From contig CAWHXY010000004.1 of NCBI GenBank assembly GCA_963833575.1, positions 256,001 to 320,000 on the forward strand: a DNA stretch of 64,000 nucleotides, read 5' to 3'. The notes beneath the pieces were generated by a model that searched no databases, had not been told where the DNA came from, and saw nothing but the letters and a program-made list of their open reading frames with translations. Source of the DNA: Candidatus Bathyarchaeota archaeon. Its GTDB lineage: Archaea > Thermoproteota > Bathyarchaeia > Bathyarchaeales > Bathycorpusculaceae. A program made the translations under genes and the position numbers. How positions within the stretch are numbered: the stretch's first letter is position 1; each line of letters starts with the position of its first letter. Shown piece by piece: positions 18,805 through 28,057 of the stretch.

Positions 18805-21087
18805 TTAGAACTTGGAAAATCCAGCTACAACTGCCTGACCAAACGACACTCCGCCGTCGCCAGCTGGAACAGCTTCATGAACCAAAAACTGCAGGCCAGC
18901 AGCTTCAACAACTTCACGCATGATTGAGGCAAGTATTTGGTTGCAGGCAGCGCCACCTGAAAACCCAACCTGTTTAACGCCCAGTTCCATGGCGTTTTCA
19001 GCTGCCAAATCAGCTAACCCCCTTGCTAAATAATTATGTGCAGAAAAAGCCAAATCAGCAACAGAAAATTTTTGCCTATTCTCAAAAATTGCCCTCAACA
19101 TATTGGATGTGTGAAGCATATCGTCGTGAAAAAGAGGATTTTGGTGCAACACCTCTTTTCCAGCTAAGGCGGCTGATTCAAGTTTCATGGCTGGCTCCCC
19201 CTCATAACTTCGCTCAAAACAAACGTTCAGAACTGCTGAAACAGCATCTAAAACTCTGCCGCAACTCGTGGTTTCAACAGTTCCGATTCCTTTTCTAAGT
19301 TGGTCTAGAAGCAATTTAGCCTCAGTTTCGCCAAACGGCAAATGTGAGCTGTTTTGCATCAACCAAGGTTCAACTTCTAAGCCAGCCTTATCGAGCATTC
19401 CAGCGGATACACGCAGGGGATAACGGCTGGCTACATCGCCTCCCAAAAGTGGCTGGGGTTCCAAATGCCCAAGACGCATGAATTCTGTTGATTCACGGGT
19501 ACAAAAGAAGACCTCTCCTCCCCAAGCGCTCCCGTCAGTACCGTAGCCATACCCGTCGCAAACCACAGTAACAGCCTCTTCTAAGTTGTGCTCAGCCATC
19601 AAAGCTGCGGCGTGAGCATGATGATGTTGAACTTGGATGAGCGGTAAACCGTCGGCTTCTGCCATTTCTTTAGCTAATGCGGTTGTAGTGAATTTGGGGT
19701 GTAAGTCGCAAACGACGGTTTCAGCGTGGCAGTTGGTTAAGTGGTAGAGGTGGGTTGTGGCTTCTTGTAGAAACGCTCGGGTTTCTATGTTTTCGACGTC
19801 GCCGATATGTTGGCTGATGAATGCTTTGTCGTCAAGCAGAACGCAAGCGGTGTTGTTTAGTTCGCCCCCCAGTCCTACTACGCATCGCTTCGACTTCGTT
19901 TTGAGCCTGATTGGTGCTGGAGCGTAACCTCGGCTTCGCCTAAGAAAAACTTGGTGGTTTCCATGAACGCGCATAACTGAGTCGTCGCATCGGTGGGCGA
20001 TTTTGCGGTTATGGAACAAAAAATAATCCACTGTCCCACCTAAAGTTTTGAGGGCTTGATCGTTGTCTTTTACGATGGGTTGGTTTGGCGGGTTGGCGCT
20101 GGTCATCACAAAAGCGGGGTCGTCGACTTTGTCAAATAGCATGTAATGAAGACCAGTATAGGGCAACATGACGCCGATGTTATGCAGGTTCGGCGCAACC
20201 AGCGGCGATAAATTGTAATTGCCTCTTTTGTTTAGCAAAACGATTGGTCGTGCAGGGGAAGATAGCAGTTCCTGTTCCTTCGAATTTACTTCGGCAAAAC
20301 TCTTTGCCACCTCAAGGTTTCTTGCCATTATTGCGAAGGGTTTTTGGCTTCTATGCTTCGTTGCTCGAAGCCGTTCCAAAGGTGCCTCAAGCATAACTGA
20401 GGACGCAATGTGGAAGCCGCCGTACCCTTTTATGGCAAGCACATTTCCTTCAGACAGCAGTTTTCCTGCTTCACGCACAGGGTCTTTGGCGCTGACCGTT
20501 TCGCCTGTCCTTGTGGTTAGGTAAGCTTCTGGTCCACAGGGTACACAAGCTATGGTTTGCGCATTAAAACGGCGGTTTGTTGGGTCGTCATATTCTTTTT
20601 GGCAGAAGCCACAAAAGGGAAACTCGCGCATGGCAGTATTTTCGCGGTCATATGGCAAGCGTTCGATGATTGTGAAGCGTGGACCGCAGTTGGTACAAGT
20701 TATAAAGAAATATTCGTAACGCGGATTTTTTGGGTCACGCAGTTCTGTGAGACATTCGTTGCAGATGGCTATGTCTGGCGGAATAATTGAGCCAGATTGT
20801 TTTGCTTCTCCTGAGCTTTTTATAATCGTAAATTTGTCATATTCGTTTTTGCTTGAAAGCGCAGTCGATTTAACCGTGTCTATTTGCGCTAAAGGCGGCT
20901 TTTTCTCTGTCAAATCACGCGTAAAACTTTCGATGCTTTGCTCAGGCCCTTCCAAAAGGATTTCTACTCCGGCATCTCCCATGTTCCGAACGTAGCCTGC
21001 CAAACTATTTTCCATCGCCAAACAATAAATAAATGGGCGAAAACCTACACCCTGAACAATACCTGTAACATTGATTTTTACGCGCAA
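18805..21087 (-). CDS. hypF: Carbamoyltransferase HypF
   Basis: Acylphosphatase domain (GIVQGVGFRPF), two Zn fingers (CTNCGPRF), QHHHAH, DG.GYG.DG, GDGGVSFGQ. Confidence 0.97.
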   Translation of the reverse strand: MRVKINVTGIVQGVGFRPFIYCLAMENSLAGYVRNMGDAGVEILLEGPEQSIESFTRDLTEKKPPLAQIDTVKSTALSSKNEYDKFTIIKSSGEAKQSGSIIPPDIAICNECLTELRDPKNPRYEYFFITCTNCGPRFTIIERLPYDRENTAMREFPFCGFCQKEYDDPTNRRFNAQTIACVPCGPEAYLTTRTGETVSAKDPVREAGKLLSEGNVLAIKGYGGFHIASSVMLEAPLERLRATKHRSQKPFAIMARNLEVAKSFAEVNSKEQELLSSPARPIVLLNKRGNYNLSPLVAPNLHNIGVMLPYTGLHYMLFDKVDDPAFVMTSANPPNQPIVKDNDQALKTLGGTVDYFLFHNRKIAHRCDDSVMRVHGNHQVFLRRSRGYAPAPIRLKTKSKRCVVGLGGELNNTACVLLDDKAFISQHIGDVENIETRAFLQEATTHLYHLTNCHAETVVCDLHPKFTTTALAKEMAEADGLPLIQVQHHHAHAAALMAEHNLEEAVTVVCDGYGYGTDGSAWGGEVFFCTRESTEFMRLGHLEPQPLLGGDVASRYPLRVSAGMLDKAGLEVEPWLMQNSSHLPFGETEAKLLLDQLRKGIGTVETTSCGRVLDAVSAVLNVCFERSYEGEPAMKLESAALAGKEVLHQNPLFHDDMLHTSNMLRAIFENRQKFSVADLAFSAHNYLARGLADLAAENAMELGVKQVGFSGGAACNQILASIMREVVEAAGLQFLVHEAVPAGDGGVSFGQAVVAGFSKF

Positions 21088-21185
21088 AGATAGAGCCTTA
21101 ACTAATTCAAGAACAAAGATTTCTCTTATACATTTCGAAGAAATTTGACAACATTTAAAACAAACAAATTTCCATCAGATTATGT

Positions 21186-21404
21186 TTGATGGGAATGAAA
21201 GGAATAACATTTGCAATCGCATTTATCTTAACAGTTTGTTTTGTCATCAGTGGAGTCGCGCTTTACCCGAATATCTTAGGTCGAGCAGCAGTTTCTAACA
21301 ACGAGTTTGTTTTCGGGTTTTTCTTAGGTCCATTTTCTGTGTTATTGTTCTTTGCGTGGATTGGAGAAAAAATCGTTTTTAAAATAAGGAAAAGAAAAAA
21401 GTAG
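21186..21404 (+). CDS. Small two-TM membrane protein, hypothetical
   Basis: Two hydrophobic segments and a basic C-terminus; fills the gap between hypF and the ligase. Confidence 0.6.
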   Translation: MMGMKGITFAIAFILTVCFVISGVALYPNILGRAAVSNNEFVFGFFLGPFSVLLFFAWIGEKIVFKIRKRKK

Positions 21405-21405
21405 A

Positions 21406-23034
21406 TTACAGTTTTTCTTTCAGCAATCGCTTTAAAACTTTGCCCGCAGAACTAACAGGCAATTCTTTCCTAAACTCAATGTCCCTTATTGCTTTGTAGG
21501 ATGCGACTTTGTCGTTAACGAAAACCATTATTTGTTGTGCCGTTCCAGCTTTACCTTCTTTGAGCACAACGAAAGCTTTTGGAACTTCCCCCGCCAACGG
21601 GTCTGGTTTGCCGACCACCGCGCACAATTTCACAGCTGGATGCTCATAGAGGATGTCTTCGAGGTCGCGCGGGTAGACGCTGAAATCCTTGGTTTTTATG
21701 AGGTCTTTCTTGCGATCGGTGATATAGAAGTATCCATCTTTGTCCATATGTGCAATGTCGCCGGTCAAAAGCCATCCGTTGCGGAGTACCAAAGCAGTTT
21801 CCTCGGGCTTACGCCAGTATCCCTTCATGACTTGTGGTCCCTTCACAGCCAGCTCACCTGTCTCGCCCGCGCCAAGAGTTTTTTGCCCTGTTCCCAAATC
21901 AACTATCCGCGCGTCCGTATCGGGCAGCGGCAACCCGATTGAACCCACCTTCACCATCCACATTGTCCTTTCAACTGGACTGCAATGGGTAACTGGAGAT
22001 GCCTCGGTTAACCCGTAGCCTTCTGCTAACAATCCGCCTGTGACTTGCATGAACCGCTTTTGGACTTGCGGAGGCAAAGAAGATGCACCTGAAATACAAA
22101 CATTAATTGAAGTTAAGTCATATTTGCCAAGCTCTGAATTCGCCAGCAACGCAGAGTACATAGTTGGGACACCGCAAAAGACTGTTACTTTATACTTCTG
22201 GATGAATTGCAAGGCTTTGGCGGGCTCAAACTTTGGCATTAGAACCATTTTTGCAGCTAAACTTACGGGTACATTCAGGCTGGTTGTCATGCCGTAAATG
22301 TGGAATAGGGGAAGCGCTGTCAGGAAGGTTTCTTGTGCGGCTGTGCCTTTTATCCAAGCGGCGAAGGCAAGAGCGTTTGAAATGAGATTTGTATGAGTTA
22401 GCATGGCGCCCTTAGCAGTTCCCGTTGTGCCGCCTGTGTATTGCAATGCGGCTAGGTCTTCATCTGGATGCATTTTCACGTTTTGGCAGCTACAAGGGGC
22501 TTTTTCTAATAAAACCTGAAAAGCAAAAGTGTGTGGAACATCTAGCGTGCGCGTCTTTTTATAGCAATAGTCATCAAGCCCAGTTATTATAACGTTTTTG
22601 AGCTGGGTTTTTTGTTTAACCTTCGTTATTATTGGATAAAGGGAGTCTAACGCCACAATAGTTTGCGCGCTTGAATCGTTCAGTTGGTACTCAACTTCGC
22701 GCTCCCGATGAAGCGGACTTATAGCTGTTACCACACCGCCTGCCTTGAGGATTCCGAAGTAAGCAACAATGAATTGGGGGATGTTGGGAAGAAAAATTGC
22801 GGCACGGTCACCTTTCTTTAACCCTAGTTTAACAAGGGAATTAGCAAACTGATTTGAGAGCAAATCCAACTGAGCATAAGTAATTTCCCGCTCACCGAAA
22901 ACTATGGCGGTTTTTTGTGGAAATTCCTTAGCGCTTTTTTGGAGGATTTCTTGGAGAGGAACTTGTGGATATTCGATGTGTTTTGGAATTTGGGGTGGCC
23001 ATGACTTAAACCAAGGCTTATTATCTGTCATCAA
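21406..23034 (-). CDS. Long-chain fatty-acid-CoA ligase (AMP-binding family)
   Basis: QYTGGTTGTAKGAMLTH, EGYGLTEASP, GPQVMKGYW, TGDIA, LP.S..GKVL. Confidence 0.92.
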   Translation of the reverse strand: MMTDNKPWFKSWPPQIPKHIEYPQVPLQEILQKSAKEFPQKTAIVFGEREITYAQLDLLSNQFANSLVKLGLKKGDRAAIFLPNIPQFIVAYFGILKAGGVVTAISPLHREREVEYQLNDSSAQTIVALDSLYPIITKVKQKTQLKNVIITGLDDYCYKKTRTLDVPHTFAFQVLLEKAPCSCQNVKMHPDEDLAALQYTGGTTGTAKGAMLTHTNLISNALAFAAWIKGTAAQETFLTALPLFHIYGMTTSLNVPVSLAAKMVLMPKFEPAKALQFIQKYKVTVFCGVPTMYSALLANSELGKYDLTSINVCISGASSLPPQVQKRFMQVTGGLLAEGYGLTEASPVTHCSPVERTMWMVKVGSIGLPLPDTDARIVDLGTGQKTLGAGETGELAVKGPQVMKGYWRKPEETALVLRNGWLLTGDIAHMDKDGYFYITDRKKDLIKTKDFSVYPRDLEDILYEHPAVKLCAVVGKPDPLAGEVPKAFVVLKEGKAGTAQQIMVFVNDKVASYKAIRDIEFRKELPVSSAGKVLKRLLKEKL

Positions 23035-23075
23035 ATCATTGCTCGCAGGGACATTTTATGAATCTTTTTAAGGGT

Positions 23076-23444
23076 TTATTTAAAAGATTTTGAGTAATCA
23101 GTCAAACCTAACCTGTTTCCAAATGGGTCATCAAACTCAACCGCCAGACCTGTCTGGATCTGAAACGGTTCAGATAGAAACTTTAGGCCTTTGGCTTTGA
23201 GGCGTTTGTATTCTTCTTGCACATTATCCACCACAAACCAGATAGTTGGTTTGGTGTTTGGGAACTTGCTTGTGTCTTTCAAGATAATTGCGGGCTCGCT
23301 ATCACCGACCTTGAAGGCTATCATGCCCATATTTGAAAAGTCAAATTTGACCGGTAGCCCTAGAAGGTCTTTGTAGAATTCTTTTCCTTTTTTCAAATCA
23401 CCGCTTGGAAGGAAAAAATTGTCATAGTCTTTCATTAGTTTCAC
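23076..23444 (-). CDS. VOC/glyoxalase family protein
   Basis: FY.DLLG, WF.VDNV, F.DPFGN.LGL. Confidence 0.85.
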   Translation of the reverse strand: MKLMKDYDNFFLPSGDLKKGKEFYKDLLGLPVKFDFSNMGMIAFKVGDSEPAIILKDTSKFPNTKPTIWFVVDNVQEEYKRLKAKGLKFLSEPFQIQTGLAVEFDDPFGNRLGLTDYSKSFK

Positions 23445-23502
23445 TAAGATTGGTTCTTAGTCAGGTTGTTAATAAGATTTTACGGTAAATTGAGGAAATG
23501 TT

Positions 23503-23611
23503 TGGTGCCGGGAACGGGATTCGAGCCCGTGACTTCTGGTCATAAGGCGCTTGCCCCTTACAAACTCCAGATTATGAGTCTGGCGCCCTAGCCAGGCTAG
23601 GCTACCCCGGC
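23503..23611 (-). tRNA. tRNA-Met (CAT, elongator type) with a 31-nt intron at position 45/46 and encoded CCA
   Basis: Minus strand: GCCGGGG acceptor pairs with TCCCGGC-A-CCA; anticodon arm CCAGA-CTCATAA-TCTGG; T arm ACGGG-CTCGAAT-CCCGT. Removing 23534-23564 restores the variable loop AGGTC. Confidence 0.92.
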
Positions 23612-24201
23612 ACGCAAAATGCCGCCGTTTTTGGTGGCTGAAATCATTTAGTTTGTTTTCGATGATTTAAACTTTTAAGAAGACTCCAAAGATTTGCTCG
23701 CTACATTAAGTAGAAACTAATGGTTAGTAGTGGGTGTGGTGGAAGTTTTAGAGCTAAAATGAACCTGAGGATTCAAAAGCGCTTGTTTTTAACTTGAAAA
23801 TCGGCTCAAATCAAGCTTAGATTCGCTAATCATTGGTGGAAGTGGCTTTGAGTACTGTGGAGTTTTGAACTATTCTTCCATGAAATAAATGTGCAATTGA
23901 ACTTGGACGACGTATTTTTGCACTGAAAGCACCAAGAACGTGTGGGCTTCTAAAATTTAATGAATTGTAGGAAGAATGACTATGAGTGAAAGCTTAATGC
24001 ACCAGTTGTTAGGATTGGGCATTGGGCGCTTCGGTTGCAGTTTGCAAGGAAGCTTGCAACTTTCGTGGTCAATTCAAATGCGGAGCACTTGTCTTTTTCA
24101 AAGGAGCAAGCCAGAATTGCTTGTATGCATCATAAAATTGGCATTTTGTTTTACATAAAATTTATTGGAGTGGAAAACGCAAGCATATGTGGTGAGTTTG
24201 T

Positions 24202-24795
24202 TTGTCTTCAGATAATGATGATTATCCTGAATGGCCAAGAAAACGAAGGGGCAAGGACCCGTTTTTCGGCGATATAGATGAGATGTTTCGTGAAATGGAG
24301 AAAATGATGGATGAAGAAATGAAGAATTTTGCCGATAAGGTTCCGAAGGAATATGTTAAAGAGCGCAAACTCCCCGATGGAAGCACGGTTAAGGAGCTTG
24401 GACCCTTCGTTTATGGTTATAGTATGAAGATTGGTCCTGATGGCAAACCTGAAATTCAAAAGTTTGGAAACCTCAAAAAAGGACTCACAGGAACACCCCA
24501 GATTAAAGAAGAACGTGAGCCACTTGTAGACATTGTAGAAACAGAAGAAGACGTCCATGTGGTTGTGGAGTTGCCGGGCGTTGAAAAAACTGACATAAAA
24601 CTTCACGGTACAGACGATTCCTTAACGATTTCTGTTGATACACCCCACTACAAGTATTACAAAGAAGTAAATTTGCCAGTTAAAGTAAAGATTGTAGAAG
24701 CACATTCAAGCTACAAAAACGGCGTCTTAGAAGTAGTAATTCCCAAAGCCGAATCAGAAAACAAGCCTAAAGGTCTACCTATCGATATAGGCTAA
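24202..24795 (+). CDS. hsp20: Archaeal small heat shock protein Hsp20
   Basis: GPFVYGYSM.IGPDGKP.I..FGN, EREPLVD, ELPGV.K.DI, YKNGVLEV. Confidence 0.95.
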   Translation: MSSDNDDYPEWPRKRRGKDPFFGDIDEMFREMEKMMDEEMKNFADKVPKEYVKERKLPDGSTVKELGPFVYGYSMKIGPDGKPEIQKFGNLKKGLTGTPQIKEEREPLVDIVETEEDVHVVVELPGVEKTDIKLHGTDDSLTISVDTPHYKYYKEVNLPVKVKIVEAHSSYKNGVLEVVIPKAESENKPKGLPIDIG

Positions 24796-24841
24796 AAGCT
24801 AAATTCACTGTCAAGCTAATCTTTATGCAGCGAGTGTAGAA

Positions 24842-25252
24842 ATGAGCGGCACTTCAGAAATAGATACGTTAAACGCTATATGTCGAGAAGCAAAAACAGC
24901 GGGAAAACTGTCAGGCTCAAACATAACAGAGCTCTACGAACTTTTCGGATCAAGATTCACAAAAGCCCTTGACGCATTAAAAGAGAACCGCGCAAAAAAA
25001 TATATTTTTAAACCAAGCGGAAGAGTCGTTTGGATAGTTATAGGCAGAGAGAGGGATTACTTGATTATGCCAGAAGCTGAATTCTGCACTTGTGACGATT
25101 TTTATTTTAGAGTACTAGATAGAAAAGTCCACATGTGCTATCACATCTTAACTCAGAAGATCGCGCAAAACCTCAGCTGGTTTGAGACTATTGATGAAAA
25201 CGATGACTGCTATGACATGTTGATGAATGAGTGGAAAAAAGCGACTACTTAA
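24842..25252 (+). CDS. SWIM zinc-finger domain protein
   Basis: FCTCDDF...CYHI (CxC-x-CxH). Confidence 0.75.
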   Translation: MSGTSEIDTLNAICREAKTAGKLSGSNITELYELFGSRFTKALDALKENRAKKYIFKPSGRVVWIVIGRERDYLIMPEAEFCTCDDFYFRVLDRKVHMCYHILTQKIAQNLSWFETIDENDDCYDMLMNEWKKATT

Positions 25253-25298
25253 ATATTAAGAGGCACAAGAATATGATAAAATGCAAGGATGAATCTCT

Positions 25299-25418
25299 AT
25301 GGATTTAAGCGCATACTTCATAAGTTTACAATATGTCCTCATGGGCTCAATTTTTATCGCACTAGCTATGATCTTCCTCTACATGTACTACGGCAAAGAA
25401 GAAGAGGAAACCGAATAA
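25299..25418 (+). CDS. 39-aa single-TM microprotein with acidic tail
   Basis: Manual translation MDLSAYFISLQYVLMGSIFIALAMIFLYMYYGKEEEETE; followed by a T-tract and converges on a DUF131 gene. Confidence 0.55.
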   Translation: MDLSAYFISLQYVLMGSIFIALAMIFLYMYYGKEEEETE

Positions 25419-25425
25419 ACCCTTT

Positions 25426-25722
25426 TTAAACGCTAAACCTTCCCGATCTTCTGTTCGTTAATACAAAGATTATGACACTCACAATTGCAAGAATTATTCC
25501 AATTACAATAAGCCAAGTGGCATTTGGTCCTGATCCAAAAACGATTGGAAATGGTCCGATAAAAATAACCGCTCCAACGCTTCCGGAACCCAAAACCATT
25601 GATGCAACCACCGCAACAATTACTCCAACAAAGATCAAGGCAAATCCTAAAATTATAAGGTTGAAAAGCCTGCTGGAAATCGCGATGCCTTCCTCTTCAT
25701 TTTCCTCAGCGCTTCGCAACAT
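25426..25722 (-). CDS. DUF131 (TIGR00304-like) membrane protein
   Basis: GAVIFIGPFPIVFGS motif between TM helices. Confidence 0.8.
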   Translation of the reverse strand: MLRSAEENEEEGIAISSRLFNLIILGFALIFVGVIVAVVASMVLGSGSVGAVIFIGPFPIVFGSGPNATWLIVIGIILAIVSVIIFVLTNRRSGRFSV

Positions 25723-25726
25723 CGGA

Positions 25727-25987
25727 TTACCTCAGCAACCAGTAATAAATTAGCGCGGCTATCACCAACACTATTGTGAGTGTTAAAGCAAGTACCAAAA
25801 CCGTTTTTACTGATTCTTTATTTGTTCCAAAAATTATCGGAATAGGACCAATCATGATTACGCCCACAGCCTCCACCTTTCCTTTACTTGCACCGCGGAT
25901 TGCCAATAAAATAACTGCTAAGACGGCAATTATGATTCCGACAGCAATCAACGCTATGCCAACTGCAAAAAGAATTGTACCATCCAC
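25727..25987 (-). CDS. DUF131 (TIGR00304-like) membrane protein, tandem paralog
   Basis: GVIMIGPIPIIFGT motif. Confidence 0.82.
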   Translation of the reverse strand: MDGTILFAVGIALIAVGIIIAVLAVILLAIRGASKGKVEAVGVIMIGPIPIIFGTNKESVKTVLVLALTLTIVLVIAALIYYWLLR

Positions 25988-26109
25988 GCGGTTATCCTCC
26001 AGCGCTCCAAATTAAGAAAAGATCTATGTTTTTAATAAATACAACAACAAAACTTGCAAAATGCAAAAAAATTAAAAGCGGCAATATATCTTTATCGTGT
26101 CGGCGTAAA

Positions 26110-27261
26110 ATGACCACTCAAGACATAATTGACCAAATTTTAGAAAAAAATCCTGGCTTAAGCCAAGCTCAGATTCTTGAAAAGGTACATGCTGAAAAAG
26201 TCAGAACAGGTGGGCTACTTGATGAAAAGACACTTTTGAGGTTAATTGCTGCAAAATATGGTGTTTCAGTGCAACAAAACGAAATACATAACGATGGAAC
26301 CTTATCAACAAGCCGATTGTTCGCCGGATTAAACAACGTTACAGTAGCAGGTCATGTAATTGCGGTTTTTCCAGTTAAAAGCTTCGAAGGCGAAAAACCG
26401 GGAAAATTTGCAACCATCATGGTAGCGGATCACGACGGCATAATCCGCGTAGTGTTGTGGAATGATAAGGCAGAGTTAGTTGAGAAGAACGAACTAAAAG
26501 TCGGACAAACAATCCGGCTACTTCACGGTTACACCAGACCAGATTTATACGGCAAAGTTGAGTTGCATCTTGGCGGCAAAAGCCAAATTGAAGTCGAGCC
26601 TCCAGAAAAAGCCATTGCATACCCAGCCATCGGCAAGTTTGCTAGCAAAATAAGTTCCCTAAGCAAGACATCTGGGAATGTACATCTTTCTGGCACTGTT
26701 AAAGCGGTTTTAGGGTTAACTAAGTTTACTCGAAGTGACCAAAGCGATGGAACAGTTATGCGGTTCACTTTGGCTGATAGTTCTGGAGAAGTGACAGTTG
26801 TTGCTTGGAACGAAAAAGCTTTAGAATTAGAAAAAAAACTGAAAGCGAACGCGAGTCTACAATTGGGCAACGCTAAGGTAAAAGAAACCCAAAATGGGGG
26901 ATTAGAAGTTCATGTTGACTTCACCAGTTTTGTTGATATTCAAGCTCCACCATTGCAGTTTACGAAAATATCCAGCTTAGCAGAAAACCTCAGCGCAAAT
27001 GTTGAAGGCGAAGTTTCGACAATTTTTGAAAACAAAGAAGTAACTACGGCGAAAGGAGAAAACGTGAAGCTAATGGTTTTTGAATTAAAAGACGATTCTG
27101 GCGCCGCAAAAGTTTCGGCTTGGAGACAACACGCAGAAGCTCTTAATGCCTTAAAGATTGGCGATAAATTGCGTTTGGAAGATGTTTATGCTAAGAAGGG
27201 TTTTGGAGATAAAATGGAGCTCTCTACCAGGAATGCTACGATTGCCTCCGTTATTTCCTAA
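26110..27261 (+). CDS. Replication protein A-like ssDNA-binding protein (three OB folds)
   Basis: N-terminal helical domain (GGLL...L.LIA..YGV) and repeated D.SG...V..W OB-fold motifs; ATG at 26110. Confidence 0.85.
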   Translation: MTTQDIIDQILEKNPGLSQAQILEKVHAEKVRTGGLLDEKTLLRLIAAKYGVSVQQNEIHNDGTLSTSRLFAGLNNVTVAGHVIAVFPVKSFEGEKPGKFATIMVADHDGIIRVVLWNDKAELVEKNELKVGQTIRLLHGYTRPDLYGKVELHLGGKSQIEVEPPEKAIAYPAIGKFASKISSLSKTSGNVHLSGTVKAVLGLTKFTRSDQSDGTVMRFTLADSSGEVTVVAWNEKALELEKKLKANASLQLGNAKVKETQNGGLEVHVDFTSFVDIQAPPLQFTKISSLAENLSANVEGEVSTIFENKEVTTAKGENVKLMVFELKDDSGAAKVSAWRQHAEALNALKIGDKLRLEDVYAKKGFGDKMELSTRNATIASVIS

Positions 27262-27306
27262 AACTTGCATCTAAAACAGTGATTTCTTGATTATTCAGTT
27301 GTCTTC

Positions 27307-27846
27307 TCATTGCTTGCCATTAAATTGTTTTTTCTGTACCTCAGAGTTCTTATTAGTATAACCTGAGAAAACATGCTCATCTTTTGGCATATTACAATAA
27401 CTTTCGCAGTATTTTGTAATTGTCGGAAAAATTGCCTTCACACGTTCAACACGCTTCTTTGCGTTAAGCTTCTCGCCAAGCTGAATCACGTCGTTTGGCT
27501 TGCTAAATTTCTCAACTGTGCCGTCTTCGCGTTTCCGCTCGATTTTTATGCAATCATCAACCATGCAGTTTAGCACGCAAGCACCACAGTAAACGCATAA
27601 GTCCTCCGTTAATCCAACTCCGCTATTAGTCCAGTACAATGCATTAGTTGGGCAGGCTTTGATGCAAAGTTTGCATTGTCCGCCGACGCATGTGAATTTG
27701 TTTATGTTTACTTTGCCGTCTTTGAAGAGCTCTTTTATTCCCGTTGGCTCCAAAAGCTCTTGTCTACGCTTCTTTTTTTCCTGTTCGGGGTTTTCCTCTG
27801 ACATTAAGCCGAATATATCGTAGGAAGAAGCGTTTTTCTCTGGCAT
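27307..27846 (-). CDS. 2x[4Fe-4S] ferredoxin-domain protein
   Basis: CVGGQCKLCIKACP and CVYCGACVLNC. Confidence 0.85.
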   Translation of the reverse strand: MPEKNASSYDIFGLMSEENPEQEKKKRRQELLEPTGIKELFKDGKVNINKFTCVGGQCKLCIKACPTNALYWTNSGVGLTEDLCVYCGACVLNCMVDDCIKIERKREDGTVEKFSKPNDVIQLGEKLNAKKRVERVKAIFPTITKYCESYCNMPKDEHVFSGYTNKNSEVQKKQFNGKQ

Positions 27847-28057
27847 TTAGCGAAACCACAGGTCAAACTGGTTTGTTTTAGAAATACGTTTTATGAATTA
27901 TAATTACTTATCTTAGAAGTTAGAACATTTGTACCTTAGAAAAATGAGTTTTTAAAAGAAAATTCGATTTTGATTGATGTAGCTTTATAAAATTCGATGT
28001 AATAATAGAGAATCCAAACATTTTTGCTTAAATACGCAAAACTGAAGGTAGCTGTTA

